From: Balanoglossus misakiensis | Lineage: Eukaryota > Animalia > Hemichordata | Length of the DNA: 64,000 nt | Assembly: GCA_040954595.2 (NCBI GenBank) | Contig: CM082584.2 | Span: 11,374,552 to 11,438,551, forward strand | Reading direction: 5' to 3' | Shown here: in pieces, positions 59,904 through 64,000 of the stretch | How the letters are laid out: each line of letters begins with the position of its first letter | Numbering within the stretch: position 1 is the stretch's first letter | Notes under the pieces: model-generated | What the model was told of the DNA's origin: nothing | Seen by the model: only the letters and a program-made list of their open reading frames with translations | The model's database searches: none | Position numbers and translations under genes: made by a program

Positions 59904-62900
59904 TGTGTTTGTGACTGCAGATATTTTCCATTTCAATGTTTGAATTTCAGGTCACAGCAGTGAAGATGTTTCAGCTTCAGTTCCACACGGGATTCACTGC
60001 ACCGGGACAAACAAGACTTCGATTTAACAAGTAAGGATCATCTTATTCCGTGTCTGTTTTCCATAGAATCCTGCAGTAGTCTGTACGCTGCATTTTATTC
60101 CCGAGTAGGCCTATTGTACCAGGGTGCCATGTCACGTGGCAAACGTCAAGACGCATGCAAATCATCATTTCAAATACTAACCCTCATTCCCTATTTCCAC
60201 ACACAAGATATGGTCTAGATGCCACGGAACAGCCAGACAAGTATCCTGAACTGTTCCAGGTGATTGTGGAAGTGGCTGTCGGAAACCAGGAGAAGCCAAT
60301 GGAGGCTCCGTGGAAGAACTTCGAAACTCAGAGACTCAACCCGAAACTGTGTTTCTCAAGTCCAGACGAACAGGAGCAAGTTGCACGAGAGTTTGGTGAG
60401 AAATTATTAAGGTGTATTGGTTCCACAGTTCTGATCAACTATAAACTGGTAATAGATTACACCTACTAAAACATTGTGACTTCAATCACATCTGAGCTTC
60501 TGTTGTATTTGTCGCAGGTCATTCTGACAAGCCACGTGGAAGCTTCAATGCCGTGGACCAGTCGAGCGATCCAGAGGACGAACGGAGTTCCGCCTTACAA
60601 GATGACACTGTGTCATCTACCACCCTGGAAAGCGCACCTGCAGGCAACAGCAAGGGATTCATAGCTGGTCTGGATTGGCAAAGTTCAGACGCCACACCAA
60701 AGAGTCAAAATGGATCCGCCAAAGAGGCCGGACAGTCTAGATCAAGCAGTTCTGCCAAGCTCAGTGATGACTTCGATGATGAGTTCGCGGCACTGACCAC
60801 AGAGAGGATACAGACAAAACAGAGTAATGGTGCTGGTTCGGGTGTCGCTGCCAAGACGGAAGAAGACACCTCTCAGGAAGAAACCTCTGACGCCAATTTC
60901 TTCGAAGCAGATTTTGGCAACGACGGTGATCCGAACTTCTTCGAGGCGAACTTCTCGCCGCAGCATTCAAGCGGGTCTGAGTCTCCGGCCAACGTTGACC
61001 TTCTTAACATCGGCGTGGGATCCGAGCAGAGCAGTGGGAACAACTCCAGGACCGGAAGTCGGCGTGGGAGTCAGGAGATCAATCTGATGGACACTGCTGG
61101 TCCGGAGCCGACCAACTTCGACTTGCTGACCCAACCAGCTGCGGGGGGAAGTCAGTCTGCTTCTGCTCCGACCAGCGCCAGTGGCAGCCGTAGTCAGACG
61201 CCGCAGATAGATGTGCAGCAGAAGGACCTCATGGGAGACATTTTCGATCCATTCCAGTCGAATGTTGCACCTCAAGCTGCCACCACTGAACCCAAAAAGG
61301 AAAATGTCGAGTCCAGTACAGGCGGCGCAAACGAAACCAGTTTCGACCCGTTTCTGAGCGTCCCTTCGAAGCCAGCTTCCACAACACCTGCGCAAAAAAC
61401 GACGACGACCAAAGACGATTTGTTTGATCCGTTCTCGAATGCGACATTTGGGGCCACAAAGAAGACCACTCCAACAATCCACACAACGGACGACCTCTTC
61501 GGGGAGTTTCTCAGTCCTTCCTTGTCGACACAGCCCAAGACGCTGCCGCAGAGTAACAGCGGACCCAATCTGATGGGGAATTGGAATCTGGGCGGGAATC
61601 TGAAAACGACCCAATCACCTCTGGATATGCACCGGACGGCAAGTGGCACAGCCCTGTTCAACATGGCACCAAAACCCATGGACAGAACGTCTAGCGAGTC
61701 GGTGTTGTATGGACAGGAAAAAAAGAGCCCAGAGACAGAGAATGGGAAAACCAATGCACCCTATGACCCTTTCGCTGATCTAGGTATGTTCAATGGTCAC
61801 CTAGCAAACCCTTATTTCCTGTCAATGAGAAACAAGATGCAGAGTTTGTGAAACCAAACATTTGCATGATAACCTTGACATTTTCAGTGAAGTCAAAATT
61901 TGCGAATCATGTTTTCGTCCACTCCTTCACAGGTAATCTGAAAAGTGGTCTGCCTGGTGGCAAAGCAACAACTGCGCAGTCATCGTTCGGCAGTCCTGCT
62001 TGGCAACCATCGCCGCAGCAGAGGCCAGCAGCCGGGCCTGCAGCAGCACAAGGCAGACAGCAACAGCGGCCGACGCAGCAACAACAGCAGCAGCAGAAAT
62101 CCAAGCCCAATTACAACATCGGTGGGTTTTCGGGACTGGGTGGCAAGCAGGAGGCTAAAGGTGGTTGGAAGCCAGGTGAGTGAGACACAGCTTAGTCTTG
62201 CAACAGAGAATGGTGTTCAGGGGAATAATATTCAAAGTAGGTTGGTACACAGGAATGATGTTCACAGATCTGATACCCACAGAAGTGAGAATGTTGCTGC
62301 ATTTTTTGTTTACCCTCACAGCTGGACCCAAGCCTGGTTCAGAGAACACAGCGTTTGAAGACCTTCTCAACAACGCTGGGTTTACAGCATCGTCAGCCAA
62401 CAAACAGGAACGGAGGACGATGAAAGAATTGAGGAGACAGAAGATGGCTCAGGATACTGATCCCAATGTTGTCAAGGTCAGAACAATATTCTCAAGAAAA
62501 ATGCAGATTTATCGAGAGGATAAACATATTTTCTCTTGTTAAATCGAGACATTCATTTAAGTCTATCTATGTTACCATAGCCTATGGGGTAGTGGACGGA
62601 ATGAATTTTCACTGATGAGTATTGTGTTTATTTTTTTCAGGTTAGGGAATGGATAGAGGGAAAAGGTAACAACATCAGGGCATTGCTGTCGTCGTTGGAT
62701 ACGGTGCTTTGGGAAGGAGAAACCAGGTGGAAATCAGTGGGAATGCACCAACTGATTGAACCCAATCAGGTCAGTGGTCCAATCAGATTTGGCTGAGAGG
62801 AAAAAAAAAAGAAAATGGCACTGTAGGAAACACCAAGTTATGGTATCAATTTTTTATGTGATCGTGAGCCGATGGAGTTGCACTGTATACAGAATGAGAT

Positions 62901-63118
62901 AATTTCTGATAAACATATTTTTCATTTTAAGTTCAGTGAATATTTTTCTGTGTGATATTCCCTAACAGGTGAAGAAGTTTTATCGCAAGGCGGCTCTGGC
63001 TGTTCATCCGGACAAGCAAGCGGGCACACCACACGAAGATCTTGCCAAGCTCATCTTCATGGAACTCAGCGACGCATGGAGTGACTTTGAAGAAAGTGGT
63101 ATGAAGCCCCTGTATTAG
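54461..63118 (+). CDS. GAK: Cyclin-G-associated kinase / auxilin-2 (NAK kinase, PTEN-like + C2, clathrin/AP-binding region, J domain), ~1390 aa
   Basis: 22 in-frame exons: 54461-54590, 54693-54754, 55001-55060, 55206-55320, 55851-55990, 56165-56290, 56438-56527, 56670-56805, 56974-57165, 57294-57432, 57561-57759, 58106-58228, 58337-58470, 58590-58787, 58913-59030, 59951-60030, 60208-60395, 60518-61783, 61933-62175, 62322-62476, 62641-62769, 62969-63118 (4173 nt). [38 protein letters not shown]; [10 protein letters not shown]; degenerate P-loop HCLDGKAS (no catalytic Arg); four DPF, DLL and FGEF motifs; C-terminal J domain with HPD. Confidence 0.96.
55061..55205 (+). other. U12-type (minor spliceosome) GT-AG intron in GAK
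   Basis: Donor GTATCCTTT; branch TTCCCTTGAC (A at 55191, 14 nt from the 3' end); no polypyrimidine tract; reading frame joins ..EITIL|[10 protein letters not shown]. Confidence 0.9.
57780..58031. repeat. (GTAT)n microsatellite grading into (GT)n, GAK intron 11
   Basis: ~55 GTAT units with one interruption, then GT dinucleotides. Confidence 0.97.
59159..59560. repeat. Compound pyrimidine-rich minisatellite in GAK intron 15
   Basis: Units built from TCCAGTCCCCC (11 nt) and TCCAGTCTGC (10 nt), then (CCT)n interrupted by CCATA, then (CTT)n. Confidence 0.95.
59869..59902. repeat. (CTT)n microsatellite
   Basis: About 11 CTT units in GAK intron 15. Confidence 0.9.
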
Positions 63119-64000
63119 CCCGCTTGTCGGAAGTCAGGTTCAAGTACCACTTCTCAGTTAAAATGGCAGTGGTTTGGAATGACCCCCGATACAGTATGAC
63201 CCTGATAACCTGACCCAATGTCAAAGTCATGTGACTGTCATGTGACACAGTGTTGTGATTGTATTTGCGTAATTATTATTCCAAGCAAAAAGGCAACAGT
63301 AGGGTTAGTTTTTTGCCTACAAATTTTCTCAATGTGAATTATGGAAATTGAAAAAAATATTGCAAAAATATGAGGATTAACAGAAGGTGTACAGTTTACC
63401 TATTTATTTCAGACCCATCAGAAACAAGCCTATTTCACCCAGGGATGATGGCTTGGACATAAATATGCATAAATAATGAAAAGACTGGTTTAGAAGCTCA
63501 AATGGGAGGATGTTACTTGTCATGTGTGACACCTGTCTTCTTTTACTGTCGTGTGTGTATGAATCAGTGCTTTGCGTACAGTACTTCCAAATTTAATGAT
63601 ATACAATTATAGTGTATAGACTGGTTATGAAGTGTCTGAGTAGCGTAGCAATGTGTGTCTTGCATACAAGCAGGATACATATGGTGTTTCAACACCGACG
63701 GGAAGAAAATATTTTAAGAAAATACAAAACAAAAACACAATTGCAGAAGAATACAAATCACAGAAGCTTTATGAAACATGTTTGTTGGGGCGTTGCTCAT
63801 CTGTGGGACTTCGACCGTGGCTAGGTTAACAGGGTCAAATGTATGCATGGGTATTGTTGAGTGAAATGTGTGTGACGAGCACAGATACAGGGCATGTATG
63901 TCTGAGTCAACTGAAATGATAATCTGAAGATAACTTGCCATATGGAAGAAACATTCCTACAGCATGCAGAGAATATGAAATTAACTTATTGTGATATAAA

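Noticed and set aside
60742-61754. Antisense ORFs up to 215 aa opposite GAK exon 18
   Set aside because: Expected shadow ORFs of a long GC-richer coding exon; no recognisable domain.

Overview
AT-rich, intron-containing animal genomic DNA. It looks like an invertebrate deuterostome, but the species cannot be fixed from sequence alone. Five complete protein-coding genes can be spliced in frame by hand: NDUFAF2 (+, 4 exons), SMIM15 (-, one coding exon), HCCS (+, 4 coding exons), a 40-kb PTBP/hephaestus-type polypyrimidine-tract-binding protein gene (+, 17 exons, 557 aa) and GAK/auxilin-2 (+, 22 exons, 1390 aa, with a U12-type intron). Most ORF-track calls are spurious intronic ORFs. The richest signal is post-transcriptional control of PTBP: a 34-nt frameshifting NMD-switch exon with a 125-nt AG-exclusion zone and downstream TGCATG cluster; further candidate poison micro-exons behind CU-rich tracts; several candidate alternative first exons; mutually complementary boxes flanking the 96-nt linker cassette exon; and miR-9/miR-124/miR-1/miR-133 seed matches in a ~3.2-kb 3'UTR. 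Several MITE families and simple repeats lie in introns. All gene models and regulatory calls are manual and need RNA-seq or homology confirmation.
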